From positions 83,888,001 through 83,952,000 of the forward strand of contig NC_045697.1 in the NCBI RefSeq assembly GCF_009834535.1: a stretch of DNA of 64,000 nucleotides. Direction: 5' to 3'. This document shows, piece by piece, positions 51,065-64,000 of this stretch. Under the pieces are notes generated by a model. That model made no database searches and was not told where the DNA came from. It worked only from the letters and a program-made list of their open reading frames with translations. Positions within the stretch are counted from its first letter, which is position 1. Each line of letters begins with the position of its first letter. The DNA is from Camelus ferus. Its lineage: Eukaryota. Made by a program: the position numbers and the translations under genes.

Positions 51065-51478
51065 TAAAAAAATTTATTGAAACATAATTGATTTACAATG
51101 TTAGTTTCAGGTGTACAGCAAAATGATTCAGTTATACATATACATACATATATACTTTTTCTTTTCAGATTCTTTTCCATTATATGTTATTACAAGAAAT
51201 TGAATATAGTTCCTTGTGATATACATTAGGTCCTTGTTGTTTATCTACTTTATATACAGTAACATGTGTGTCTGTTAACCCCTAACCCCTAACTTAGCTC
51301 TCCCCACCCTTTCCCCTTTGGTAACCATAGTTTGTTTCCTGTTTGTGAGTCTGTTTTTGGTTTGTAAATAAAATTTGTGTCTTTTTTTTTATAGATTCCA
51401 CATATCAGTGATATCATATGATATCTGTCTTTGACTTACTTCACTCAGTATGATCATCACTAGGTCCATCCGTGTTAT
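51065..51478 (-). mobile_element. L1 3' UTR fragment
   Basis: TTTATTGAAACATAATTGATTTACAATG...TAGATTCCACATAT...TAGGTCCATCC; same family as the element at 37091. Confidence 0.85.
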
Positions 51479-52335
51479 TGTTCTTAATGATTTGTTCTGC
51501 TAATCTTTTATGAGGAACATTGTTAGTCAGATGTTATCCTGAACTCATTTTGCATCTTGAATATTAATGTGTGTAAGTTTGTAATTTCGTTAATTCTGTG
51601 GCAAAAGCATATTTATCATACTGTAAATCTTATCAGTCTTCGAACAAAAGTTATTTAAAATTCTGAAACTGGGTTATTTTATGATTCTGAGTTGCCACTG
51701 TACCTGGGTAGTATCTGTTATTTATTTGCTTGTCTCCTGAGGGTTATTGGTAATTCTTAACGATTTCCGTCCCAGGGTTTCCTTAGCCAAAATAATTTTG
51801 TAAAGAAACTAAAGGGTTTGTTTTTCAAATGAATAGTTATACTAACTAGAAAGCATGCCTCTGCTTTACTAGGCTTAAAACAAAGTATCTCGCCTTATTC
51901 CAACATCTGTATTTCATTTATTGCTAAGGCAGGATAAGATGATTTGGAAAGAATGGAGTGAAATCAGTTTTAATGATCATTATCTGATTTTTTTTTTTGA
52001 ACTGAAAATTTCCCTCCGAGTCAGGTTCTGTCATGCTTAACTTTGAGTGTGTGCTTCATAGGAGTAAAAGTTACAGTGACTTAATCCACTCCTCTTCTAC
52101 CTCTTAAAAAACTACTTACTTAACAAAAAATGTTAGACTAAGAGACATAATCTTTCTTGACATTTCCGTGCAGTGGCTCTGTTGGATTTCACATGTATGT
52201 GTTTTTTAATTGCCTGCACTTGTTAAAATATTTTATTCCTCCAAAAATATAACACACTTGGTCTGGATTTTACAGCTTTTCAAATTGATTATCTAAATTC
52301 AGGTGATTCTTGGATTTTTAAAATGCATTCATGAA

Positions 52336-52574
52336 CTTATGGTTACCAGGGGGGTGGGGGTAGGTGGAGGGATAAATTGGGAATTCAAGATTTGCAGATA
52401 CTATATATAAAATAGGTAAACAACAAGGTTCTACTGTATAGCACAGGGAACTATATTCAATATCTTGTAATACCCTATAGTGAAAAAGAATATGAAAAGG
52501 AATATATATGTATAACTGAAATATTATGCTATACACTAGAAATTAACACATTGTAAGATGACTATATTTCATTA
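52336..52574 (+). mobile_element. 5'-truncated L1 3' end
   Basis: CTTATGGTTACCAGGG...TAGCACAGGGAACTATATTC; 16-bp TSD AAAATGCA(T/C)TCATGAA at 52320-52335 / 52575-52590. Confidence 0.9.
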
Positions 52575-55500
52575 AAAATGCACTCATGAATGAGATACAT
52601 CAGAAACAATGTATTGAAATATCTCATGTGTGCATTAAATTTTCCTATAATGATAACATAATGTTACATTTTAAAATTGTCAAACTGTGCAAATTTTTAT
52701 GCATGTTTATTTATGTATGTCTTTCAAAAACTTTTCTTACATTTTCCTAAAATTCTACAGATATCTTGCAGAACAGATGACTTGCTCAAACATTACTTTG
52801 ATATTTTGATTTTTAAAAAAACCTACTTTATAAAAAAATAAATAAATAAATAAAAACCTACTTTATAAAGATGTAAAAAAAAGTTTTCAATGGCATTTAA
52901 ACTTCTTGCAGAGAAGGAATTTTTTACATATGATGGCCATATTCCCAATAATCCTAATCATTACTAATATCAACACTAAAAAACGAAGAAATATATAGTA
53001 ATAAGGAGAATAGAAATAGGAAAAGAGATCTGGAAGTTACACTTTAAATGATGGACAAACTTCTCCTGGCAGTTGAAGCTTTTGGATGCTGGCATCATTA
53101 CCCAAGTTGGGAAGAAGGAAAGTGGAAGGAAATGCTATCCCTAGAGATATTTAAGGCCAGGTTTGCCAAAGTGCTGGAAAACAAAATGCAGGAAAACCCC
53201 CTGAATACGTGGTCAGGGCAATGGCCTAAGTGTCCTCCATATAGCTTTTTCTGTGCACCACTGGTGGGGTAAGAGGGCTCTGAGTCTGGTTTGCACTTTC
53301 ACTGATGCCAGGGTGACCTCAGGCAATTTGCTTCACCTGGCTGCCACGTTTCCCTCTCCCCAGAGGGTCTAGAAAATGACACTTACTTGGTGGGGCTTTA
53401 TAACCGCTTCAAGATTCCAAAGAGAAAGTTATGAAAGATGAAAAAAGCATTGTTCCTTGTCACTCCATTTGTTGGTCGACAAAAGTTGAAATCTGGAAAT
53501 AAAGTCCAAATCAGGTTTAATATGTTAGTTTTAAGTTTGCGTTTACTGTGTTTCCATTTAATTCAATTTGATTCTATGCAATTTCATTTCATGTGTATTT
53601 ACTGAGCAGCTACTATTATCTTCAGAAAACTCAAAATCCAGGGTCTGTAGAAGTTGGTTCACTCGCCACGTTGGAAGGCCAGGGGGATTCCCCTGTTTGA
53701 AGGATAGAAAAAGAATCTCCCAAATCCCTGTCTGGTCTAGCAATTCCATTATATCCAGATGTGAAGCCCAGTGGAAAAAGTGGGAGACAGGATAGTCAAT
53801 GCATCAACGAACATTTTTGAGTTCCTAGTGAGTTGCAGACACTATTCTAGATGCTGGGGAGTTCGGACTGAAATGCAATCCCAGTCGTGGATGAAACTAC
53901 AGGTGAAACCATGCTCTCTCAGGACCTCATTTCACAGTTCTGTTAAAGGGTATGATGCTATTTCTACTACTTCATGGTAGGATTGTGAATGGGAAAACAT
54001 CCTGAGTTAAAAAAGTGACAAACCACTACTAATAACAATAACATCCAAATAAACTGAGTGCCTCCTGACTCCAGCACAGTGCTGAGCATCACCAGCATCA
54101 TCAGTGCTTCACAGCAGCCTTTTCTTTTCCATGTAGGAGGAAACTGAGGCATGGAAGCCAAGGTAACCAGCTAGTGGTTGGCAGAACCAGGACACAAATC
54201 CAGGCCTGTCTTGATTCCAAAGGGTTATGAAGTGTAATGAAATCCGGTCAGCTGAACACCTGCTCTCAAACTCAGTGATGGCCATTTTACCCTCCCTCTG
54301 CTTAGTTATTGCCAGCTGCCTTGCAAATAATTAGCAATTTCCCAGGAAATTCCTCACTTTTGTGGGAAGTCCGTTGCACTGACTTGCAATAAAAAGCTGT
54401 CTCCTTCCAAAAACTTTCAGCTAAGGCATCTGTGTTTCCATCCAGAAAGGATCGTCTTAGAAAGCAAAGAGAAGGGTGAAAGGAAAAATTTATTAAGAAG
54501 TTACTGTGGGCCAGGCACTTGTTTAAAATTTGCTTAAAAAACAAGTGTTTGGAAACATCTCATTTACTGCTCAGAGCAACTTCCAAAGAGGAGAATACCA
54601 AGGTTCAGAAAAGACAAACGATGCACCCAAGGCTGTACAGAAACTAGCAGCAGGGCTGGGGTTTGACTTCACACGCAGCTCCTACCTCTCCCCACCACCC
54701 GTGCTGCCTCTGAAGAAAGTAGACGTATGGTTTCTTGCTCAGTCAAATATTTTTATGATTTAAATAAGCAGTGCCAGTCACCACTACTGCAACGACACAG
54801 GATAGGTCTCTGTTCAAATATCACCTCCTCACAACAGAAAGCTTCCCCTGAAGTAGCCAGTCTCTCCCTACCTCACACTGACAGCTTTATTTTTCTTCAT
54901 TGTGCTTATCACTTTCGGACAAAACATAGGATTATTTGTCTTTGTTGTCTCTCTTGCCTACTAAGATATGAGTTTCTAAAAAGCACGCGCCTCATCTGAC
55001 TTGTTAATTTCCATATCCCTCATGCTTAGAACATTTGAAATAATAAATAATAACATTAGAAATAATAAACATTTGTTAAGTAAATGAGTTAAAGCAGTTT
55101 TAAAGGCAGGGTAGATAGCAAACTCGTGACAGGTTAACAGCACAGTATGGTTTAGTCTGGAAAGCATCACTTTGGTGCAACAAATGCAGGAATTTGAATT
55201 AAATTTCTGCTTCATAGGTTAAAAGTGATTCCCAACTTAAGAGATTACCTAAAATTATCTAAAATTTGGTTCTTCAATATAAGGCTTCACTCAAGAATCT
55301 CATCAGCATTATTTATTTTATTTACTAGGCATTTTTAATACTACTCTTGCAACTTTAGATATTTTGTCACTGTAAATGTAAGTCTATTTTAAATTTTATT
55401 ACCTTCCAGAAGCCTAAGGGCTAAGCAGACATTTTAATTTACCTTGTAATGCTATGAAGTTAGAGAGGGGGTAAAAAGATTGATGAAAAATGAAAAGATC

Positions 55501-57224
55501 AGAAGAGAGATAACTAAATTATGAAACTCCAAAAAGTATTAGTATTATCTATGAAAAAACCCCACACAAATTAGCTGATAACTACTACAAACACTGTAAA
55601 ATCCAGATAAATAACGATATTTTATTATTTAACTGAATCACCTTTCCCCCCTACATTTTTGGTTGAATTCTCTGTGATTTCTTGTTTATATGACAATAAC
55701 TTTGTAATATCATTTTTTCCATTAGCCTCTGGCACGGTTAATTGATGTTAGTTTTTATGAGTGATAACTGGGTTGCATACTACATGAGACTTTTCATGTA
55801 AGCACTGTAACATGGCTCTAGGTTTATGCCCATAAACATAGAAATTCTGATAAATTCTACTTTTCATATATAATAGTAAAAAAAAATACATGGTGCATTT
55901 ATAACTGTTTGTGCTACATTATCTAACAAATTCCTGAAAGCAGACACCTTTGAATTTGAGTAGGCATCAATAAGAAACAAATTCTTCACTGGAGATTTTT
56001 ATGTTTAGCTATTGAAAAAGTTTCCACAGACTAGTTTGTGGTGCTGTACATTTCAGCCTATGTGTCTCCTCTACTGCCCAACTACTTAACAGTGGCAGCA
56101 TCTTAGAATGGGTCGATGTTACAAGATCTCTGACCCTGCCCTTCAGTGTTTCCACACCAGGTGAATCGGCACAACAAATGGTGGGAGTATGCCTGGGAGC
56201 TGTTCATTCCTAGGCTGGCGCAGCTGGCAATAACTTGACATGAATGTAACTGAGAACTACATAAACATATTCCATCAAAACCAAGAGGAACAAATCTTCA
56301 ACTCATCTTCCCTTTAGCTGGATTCCAAAAATGCTCATGGGTACTCCACCACCACTTGGCTGGGAAGTTGGAGTGAAAAAAGACAACAATCCTCACCAAA
56401 TTCAGTTCAAGTATATTACTTTGGCAGATTTTACAAAGGCATATGAACATGTGAACACGTTGTTGGTGTTCCTTCTGGGCCCTTGGAAGGGATCTTGGAA
56501 GGGTGGGTCTTGAGCTTCTGCTTCTTTAACTTCATAAAAGATTCTCCAGGAATGGGTTCACATTACTACACTTCAGCTACACTAATCTCCATCTCGTTTT
56601 TGTATTGATAAGGACTATTTTTGCCCTTCTTTTCATTCTTCCTGCCTTTCAAATAACCATCTCCTTACCATTTGTGTCTCAGCTCAGGGAGGCCTTTTCT
56701 GATCTCCCATGGGTATCACTCCCATTACTCTGCCATGTCACCCTGTTCCTCTCTCTTTTTAGCTCTCCTTTCTCTCTGAAGCTCTCTTGTTTACTTATTT
56801 ATTGTTTGGCTTTTCCAGTAAACTGTAGGTTCCGAGAGAGAGGAATTTTGCCTGAGGTTCTTATAGCTACACCATCTGAACCTAGAAGAGCATCTGGCAC
56901 ACATTCATTCCAATGATTTTTGAATGAATGAATGAACTATAAGCTCAAAAGTGCATAAGTATCTTTTTAATTAGCTATGAATATGGTTTTATCATTGTAA
57001 TCAAGTTATTCCAACTCTAGTCTCCCATTTCACTGGGTTGGCAGAAAGCCAGTCTCGGGTATGGTTAGGGCCCCTTCCTTCCAGGGGTTTGCAATAGAGG
57101 ATCAGGTCATCAGTCACCGGACTGTCCATGGTCTTGACCAGCAGACAGGCCCCAACTGCAGCTTCTGTAACACGCATGTGAGAAGGAGCCCTGCTATTGG
57201 TGTCCAGCAGCTAAACCTTTCATT

Positions 57225-57345
57225 TCATTCTTTTTTAAAAAAAAAAAATTTCTTCATTTTCATAATGGAGGAACTAGGGATTGAACCCAGGACTTCGTGC
57301 ATGCTAAGCATGTGCTCTAGCACTGAGACATACCCCCTCACCCCC
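57225..57345 (-). mobile_element. Vic-1-type SINE
   Basis: GGGATTGAACCCAGGAC...GCATGCTAAGCATGTGCTCTA is the reverse complement of the head of the 44357 element. Confidence 0.8.
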
Positions 57346-57788
57346 GGCTCCTGCCACATCTACCTTTAAAAGACCCTGCAGCTGTTTCCCTCTGAGGCCT
57401 TGCCCTTCTTTCCCTGACAGCAGCATGGCAGTCTGCACTCCTCGAGAGACCCACAGACCACTAGACCCTCCCAGTCAGGACTAACAACCTCCCCTGCTTT
57501 TCTCAAGGGCACTGCTCTGGGATACCTTGCAAAATAATTTTATGGCACTTAGACCTTACAAGACTGTGAATCGCTGTTAACACCTTCTGTTTCTGCTCAG
57601 AAAATCCTCGAGTTAAGGAAATTGTAAAGGTCTGACTACTTTCTTGAAATAAGAAGAAAGGAGAAATCTTAAGAGCAAACACAACTATCAAAATCTCAAA
57701 AATTATCCTGTCACATACTCTATAAATTCTTGTGTATTGGAAAAGGAAACTAACTTGCAGTTTGGCTGTCTGTATGCTATGCCTCTCT

Positions 57789-58159
57789 GTTAGGGGCTAA
57801 ATTTTATCCTCTCAAATTCATGCACTGAAGTCCTACCCACCAGTATCTTAGAATTTTGGAAATAGGGGCTATAGAGGTTAACTAAGTTAAAATGAGGTCA
57901 TTAGGGTGGGCTCTAATCCAATATGACTGGAGTCCTTATAAGAAGGGGAGATTAAGATACAGGCAGGTACCTGAGAGAAGACTATGTGAAGATACTTGGA
58001 GAAGACAGCCATCTACAAGTCAAGGAGACAGGCCTCAAAAGACTCTGCTGACACCTTGATCTCAGATTTCTGGCCTCCTGAAATGTGAGAAAATAAATTT
58101 CTGTTCTTGAAGTCACCCAGTCTGTGGTCCTTTGTAATGGAGGCCTAGCAAATGAATAT
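57789..58159 (+). mobile_element. MLT1A/B MaLR solo LTR
   Basis: AAGTTAAAATGAGGTCATTAGGGTGGGCTCTAATCCAATATGACTGG...AATAAATTTCTGTT...GCCTAGCAAATGAATA. Confidence 0.85.
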
Positions 58160-58641
58160 CCTCCCTCATGCTGTAAGGCTGGGCAAAGCAGCAACTCTGG
58201 GCTTTGAGAAAAGGTCGGAGTTGCTAGCACGCATCTCCTTAGCTCTGCAAGGCCCTGCAATCACCAGCACTCATAACAGAGCTGGTTTCTCCCCAAACCA
58301 CATTCAGCCTCAAAGCAAGAACGGGCACGTAAATGAGCAGGGAAAATGCTTTCAGGAGGGCCTGAGGGTGTCTTCTTTCACAGGGCTCCTTGTCGCCTGC
58401 ACTGGAATGCCGCAGAGCCCCCACACCACCTGCTCACATGGCATTTCATGCACGTGCATTCCAGGAAACAACACAAATACTCGAGTGGCAGCAGGCCCTA
58501 GCGAGGCCAGCAGATGATGCATTAGTGATTCTCCAATAGTCAGAGAGTTGCATAACTGTTAAATATGAGTTCACAAATGTTTACCATCAAATCCATCATC
58601 TGTAGATGTATTTTTTAACACCTAGAAAAAGGTCTGTTATC

Positions 58642-58730
58642 TCTGGGGTCAATTCCCAGTCCCTCCATTAAAATAAATAAATAAATAAACCTATTCACCC
58701 CAGCTGCCCCACCAATGACAACAATAAAGA
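58642..58730 (+). mobile_element. 5'-truncated Vic-1-type SINE
   Basis: CTGGGGTCAATTCCCAGT...(AAAT)n...AACCTATTCACCCC resembles the 3' half of the 44357 element. Confidence 0.55.
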
Positions 58731-59344
58731 TACAGAAGATATCATGTAAATCTCATCTTTGATAATTCATTGACATTACCTTACATTTTTTCTTAAAAAT
58801 TATCTTTACTTTTTCTGCTGTTTCAGTACTATCTGAAATGCAAAAAAAGGGAATATTTATCAGCAAAAACATAACCAGCAAAATGATATATAGTTAGTAG
58901 ACATCATGAGTCATAACATTGTATTTCATTCCCTGACCTTACAGATAAACGACCTCCAATGTTTTGGAAAAATCAGATGCCTAAAACTATTTTTTTTCTA
59001 ATAAGTTTATTTAACTCCATCTTCATTGTCCTAAAATGCACACACACACGCACACACGCCACTTTTATAAAGTATGCTTTTTGAAAATGAAACTTTTAAT
59101 ATATACTTGTCCTACAAGGACTTTAATCCATGTGGCTTCATTTGGTGATTCGTTGGAATTTAACTCACATAAATAGATTAGCTAATGTTGTAAGATGCCT
59201 GCTACTTTTTTTTAAGGCCTTTTAATAAGCATCAAGTTTTGGTGGCCCAAAAGTAAAGAAAACATTAAGTTTGGTTTAGATATTGAAATTATGGTGCATT
59301 TTTCCAGTTTTGGTCATTCTAAATTTCACATAATTTTACAATAA

Positions 59345-60200
59345 TGTTGTGAGATAACAGAACATATGTATTAGTCTTTGCCTCCCATTCTTGACACAGA
59401 GCTCCTAAAACCTTTGTAATTTCCTAAGTGATAAGAACACTAGTTCTGATATTGGTATTTGACCTCTGTTCCTCACACAGAGCTCCTGAAACCCTTGTAA
59501 TTTCCTGGATGGTAGGCAAGCCTTTGTTCTAATGAGGCGACTGTGGGTGAGTTCCTGGATAGCTCCTGAATGAGGGCTAGTCACTGGAGAGACAGAACCA
59601 TGATTAGAAGCTTGGAATTTTCAGCCACGCCCCTCCATTCTCTTGAGAAGGGAGAAGGGCTGAAAATGGAGTTAATGATTGATCATGTCTATGTGATGAA
59701 GCCTCCATAAAATCCCCAAAAGATAGACTTCAGAGAACGTCTGAGTTGGTGAGCGCATGGGGATGCTGCGAGAGTGGTGCCCTGGGCAAGGCCACGAGAG
59801 TCCCATGCTCCGCCCCAATACCTTGTCCTACCCTTCTCTTCTACCTGAATGTTTATCTGTATTCTTTATTACATCCTTTAATAAACTGGTAAATGTAAAC
59901 AAGTGTTTCCCTGAGTTCTGCAAGCTGCTATAGCAAATTAATCAACCCCAAGGAGTGGAGTCTTTGGAACCTCTGATCTATAGTTAGTTTGTCAGAAGCA
60001 AAGATGATAACCTGGGGCTGCAACTGATGTCTGCAGTGTGTGTGAATGGGGGTGGGGGGCGGTCATGTGGGCCTGAGCCCTTATCTCCTGGTAGATAGTG
60101 TCAGAATTTAGTTGAACTGCTGCTGGTGTCCTGAGAATTGTTTGTTGGTGGTATGGGGAACCCCCCCTCCACAGGTACACATTGGAATTGTGATCAGAAA
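59345..60200 (+). mobile_element. MER21-like LTR
   Basis: Duplicated ACACAGAGCTCCT(A/G)AAACC..TGTAATTTCCT motif, TTTAATAAACTGGTAAATGT and GTTTCCCTGAGTTCTG, as recalled for the MER21 group. Confidence 0.75.
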
Positions 60201-60852
60201 CCAAAAGAAATGTTTATTCCTTTTGCTGTGATGCTTTATTTTTCTCCAAAATAGTATTTTACTATGTTATTCATAATGAAGAATAACTTCTAGGTTTTTG
60301 AATAATTAGAAAGCGATCACAGACATTAGCTCAAAATGGAAAGTAATGATATTTTTGAGTGAAAAATTAGAAAAATAAAAAAGAAGCAGGAGGTAGGCAT
60401 GGATAGCTAATGTGAAATTATTGCAGAATAAGTTATTCCTAATGGAATATTTTTGCTTCATAATATGCCTTCCCAGTTCACGTTAGGCTCAGAAATCTTA
60501 CCTTGCTGTCAAAATTGAGAAAGATAGTGTAAATATTATCTGCCGAATGAAAAATCAAATGAATGAATGAATGAATGGTAGTATAAAACAACATCTGATA
60601 GTGTTAAATGATTTAAATAGCATAGAGTTAGAGTTAGTCTAAAAAGATCATTTTTAAAACCATTTAAGTCACTTTTTTTCTCTTAATAATTTTTTTTCTC
60701 TTGACTTGATTCTTAAATCTCAAATAAAATAAAAAACAGGCTTGTGTGTTGTTTCACCAGGGCTCTGATTCTATTTCTCTACTAGTGTCTTAGGTTCACC
60801 CCATTGGATCTGGGATTTGATTTCACCCTCCTTGCAAGCTACTAAGTTACGC

Positions 60853-61288
60853 TGTTACTGTTTCATGGATGCTGAAAGCAGATGTGAGACTATCTTGAGT
60901 AGAGACAAAGAGCTTTATTACTCAGGGCAAAACAAGCATTGCGACCACTAGTATGTTTACAACAGTTCATCTTGCCTCAAACTCCACAGGGTTGACATGA
61001 TATGACCCAGGTGGATGTTACACACACAGTTTTGGTTTGCATCTAACAGCTAAGGATCACTAGAGTTAGTCAATCCATTGCTTTTATTTTGTTTTTGTCT
61101 AACAATCAGCTAGCAAACTTGCTCTTTCTCCCGGATTGAGAAATTTACCACATTTCTCAAGGTTACTTTCTGCAAACAAAACCCTGAGAAATAGCTTAGG
61201 AAAAGAAGGATTAAGACCTTGAATTCTGACACACCTAGAAAGTTATACAGAGTGCTAGAGGCCCATGGAAGACTCTCTGCCACCACAA
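60853..61288 (-). mobile_element. ERVL-class LTR (MER54/MER74-like) nested in an old MLT1
   Basis: TGTTACTGTTTCATGGATGCTG...AGAGACAAAGAGCTTTATTACTCA terminus with MLT1-like sequence on both flanks. Confidence 0.55.
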
Positions 61289-61779
61289 CCTTGTGATGGT
61301 TTCATCCTCACACTGGCTTCCTCTATTGGTTGCTGTCAATGTCCACGAGGGGTGGGGTGGAGAGGATGTTGCCCTGACAGCTACCTGGAAAAGTCTTGAG
61401 CTTCCCTGTGGTTAGACCATCTATGAATTAATTACTGGGGCTAAGGAAATGTTCCTTGATTCAGGCTTAGGCTTGTACCCATTCCTGAACTAATCTCTGT
61501 GTGTTAAGGATGAATGGTTACCCTGATTGCTTTAGCTCATCCATGCTGCTGGGGTGGTAGGATCAATTGTCCCCACCCAGTAGCTACTAAGGGGGAAGAG
61601 GCAAAATGTTAGGGAGGCAGTCACACCTACTTCACATGGTCTCTAAGTGGTGTAATTAAGAGTTTTGCTCTGTTTCAGGTTTTTCCAAGTCAAATGAAAT
61701 GGAGAGAAAGAAAAGAAATGAGAATTTTTTGCCTTTCTTTTCTCTGCTTTATTCTGGGAAATCTTACCTATTTTTTCTG

Positions 61780-63600
61780 TTCTACTCATATTAATTGAAC
61801 ACCAATTAGGTGTCAGGAACTATATTAGACTTGGGGATACAACTCTGAAAAAATCAGAAATGACCCCTAATCTCACAGAGTGAAGGATTCATTTTAAGGG
61901 ACCATTGGGATGAGAGGGAAAAATACAGGACACAGAAGGAGCACCTAATCTGAACACTGAGGAAGAGAGTTAGACAAAGCTTCCTGGAAAACATGCTATC
62001 CAGTCTGAGGCCAAAAATTGAGTAGCAATTATCAGGTGATCTATGTGTGGGTGAGAACTAGACAGCTTGGAAGAATGCCTTAGCAGATGGGAAAACAAAG
62101 CAAGTTAGAGAAACTAAAAGTAGTTCTGTGTGTCTGAATCATAAAATTCAAGGTGAGAGATGAGGTGGGAGAAGTGAGGAGTGGGAGGCAGAAAGTGTTA
62201 TATATATAAAGAAACTTTGACTTTTCTGAGAAAACTTAGACTTTAAATGGAGGGAAAATAGGGTAGATATTGCATTTCAGAAATTTCACCCTGGCTATAG
62301 AGCGAAAAATGAATTGAGGGTGGAAATAAGGCTGGGACAGAGAAGCTAGTTAAGAGGTTGTTGAAGTCTAGCCCAGACACAGAAGTAATCATACCAGTGA
62401 AAATGGGATGAAGGGGCAAATTTGCAATCTATTTAGAAGTTGGAGCATAGGTCTAAATAAGTAATTGGATGCATAAGATAAGTATAAGAAAATACATAAG
62501 GCCTGGAGATAGGATAGCAATGATTAGAAGAGATATTTTGAATTCAGGTAGGCAAAGGTTCAAATCCTGACTCTACCACCTAGGACCTAAGACTGAATTA
62601 ATTACCAGAAAAGAGAGACACTAATAACTACCTATCATAGCTTCTTTGAGGATAAATGTATAAATAAATAAAATATTATATGTCAAGTTCCTGACACCAA
62701 ATAAATCTTCATTAAATTATAGCAATATGTTAGTTCCTGGTTCTCTGTCTTGGGGAACTGGATGAAGGAGCCATTCATTGAGTATAGCAGTTAGAAATGT
62801 GCTGGCTTCCATCATAAGCTGTACCCATAGCAGTTTAAACAAAATGGGTTATTTTTCTTGCACAGTAAGAAGATTGGAGGTGGGCAGCTATTGGCAGTAA
62901 TTCAGTCAGGATGGAGTCTTTGTTGTTATCCTTGCCTTTACCTCATGGTCACAGTATGGCCTGCTCCAGTTCCAGCCTCTAGTATCACCTTTACATCTGA
63001 GTCAGGGTTGAAGAGGATCAAGCATAAGAAAAAGGTAATGGGTTAGTCAATTACCCTGAGATGGAGAACGTAGGAGGAGGAGAGAGAATCCCCAAATAAT
63101 AATAATAAACTTGATTTTGAATATATTGACTTGTAGAATTCTGTGATATATTCACATAAAATGAGGTTTAATAGGCAGTTGGATATATTGGCCTGTAGTT
63201 AAGGAAAGGGATTTGGGATTGAGGGGGAAGGTTAAATTCTGTGGGGTGAATGAGAGAACCCACAGAAAGGGTGTGAAGTAAGAAAAGAAGAGGACCAGGA
63301 CATAGCCCTGGCACAGAACACCAATGCTTAATGGATGAGTAGAGGCCAAGGACTGCCAAAGGCAAGAAAGGAGTGGTTAGAGAGGCAAGAGGACGGCCAA
63401 GTGCATGTTGTGTCCTGGAAGCCTAAGGGAAAACATAATATAAGCAGGACATGGTCCATGAGACAAGTGCCACACAAAAGCAAGGATGTGATAAGTGACC
63501 TTGCTGAGAACTTTTCCTGTTTTAGGGACAGAAGCTAGACAGGAGTGGGTGAGGAGCAGAGACAGGAGAAAGCACAAAGAACGAATGTAAAAAGTCTTCT
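61780..63600 (-). mobile_element. Fragmented LINE-2 with MIR/MLT1 inserts
   Basis: L2 tail-like ATATTAATTGAACACC...GTGTCAGG and purine-rich body; MIR at about 62500-62720. Confidence 0.6.
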
Positions 63601-64000
63601 TTTTCTTTTGCTCTCAGAGTTCATATTTTAGGACGTCACTTGAAAAATTCTTTTTTTGAAAGAAAGATTTTTGGTAAAGTCAATTCACCTTTCTGAAGAG
63701 AATCAAACTTGGAATGAGAGTCTGGTTCTCATGACCTTCAGAGGGTCTCTTCCCGTGCAGCAGTCTCTGATTACATGGTCCATCCTTACTCCAGTGATGA
63801 GGCACAAATAAATGGACACTTTTGGGTTCTTGGAGCAGGGCTGTGTAAATGTTCACTGTATAACGCCTCCTAGTACTGAAACAAGCAGAGGGTTTGGAAG
63901 TCACTGGTCTGGTGCCACATGTAACATGAACTAACTTTCCCAGGCTCTTCTTTATTTAGTGTGTTTTTATGTAGATGAATGTCATGGAAAATAAAAGAAT

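Noticed and set aside
29600..64000. Expected neighbouring gene SYNPO2 coding exon 1
   Set aside because: No PDZ-like MGTGDF...GGAPWGFRLQGG coding sequence seen; it probably lies beyond the right edge.

Overview
Mammalian genomic DNA, most likely a camelid given the tRNA-derived Vic-1-type SINEs. The left 29 kb holds the 5' part of SEC24D (COPII cargo adaptor) on the minus strand. A CpG-island promoter and non-coding exon 1 lie at about 28.7-29.0 kb. Six coding exons (26374-26491, 18916-19045, 14196-14344, 12700-12975, 12291-12418, 36-147) splice in frame through GT-AG introns and give the first 304 codons; the gene continues off the left edge. The right 35 kb is repeat-rich upstream DNA (L1, L2, MIR, MLT/ERV LTRs, MER DNA transposons) with no recognisable coding exon. 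Almost all other ORF-track entries are chance ORFs or L1 remnants. I found no convincing novel multi-gene system. The best leads are: (i) repeated TGACGTGG UPRE/CREB3-type sites around the 5' end; (ii) a 4-codon uORF whose stop overlaps the SEC24D start codon (TAATG); (iii) clustered substitutions (LEPAVVPSP) in a motif I recall as LDPDSIPSP; and (iv) several unusual retrotransposition or repair scars, including a 5'-inverted L1 with non-L1 DNA at its junction. Repeat family names and human comparisons come from memory, not from a search.
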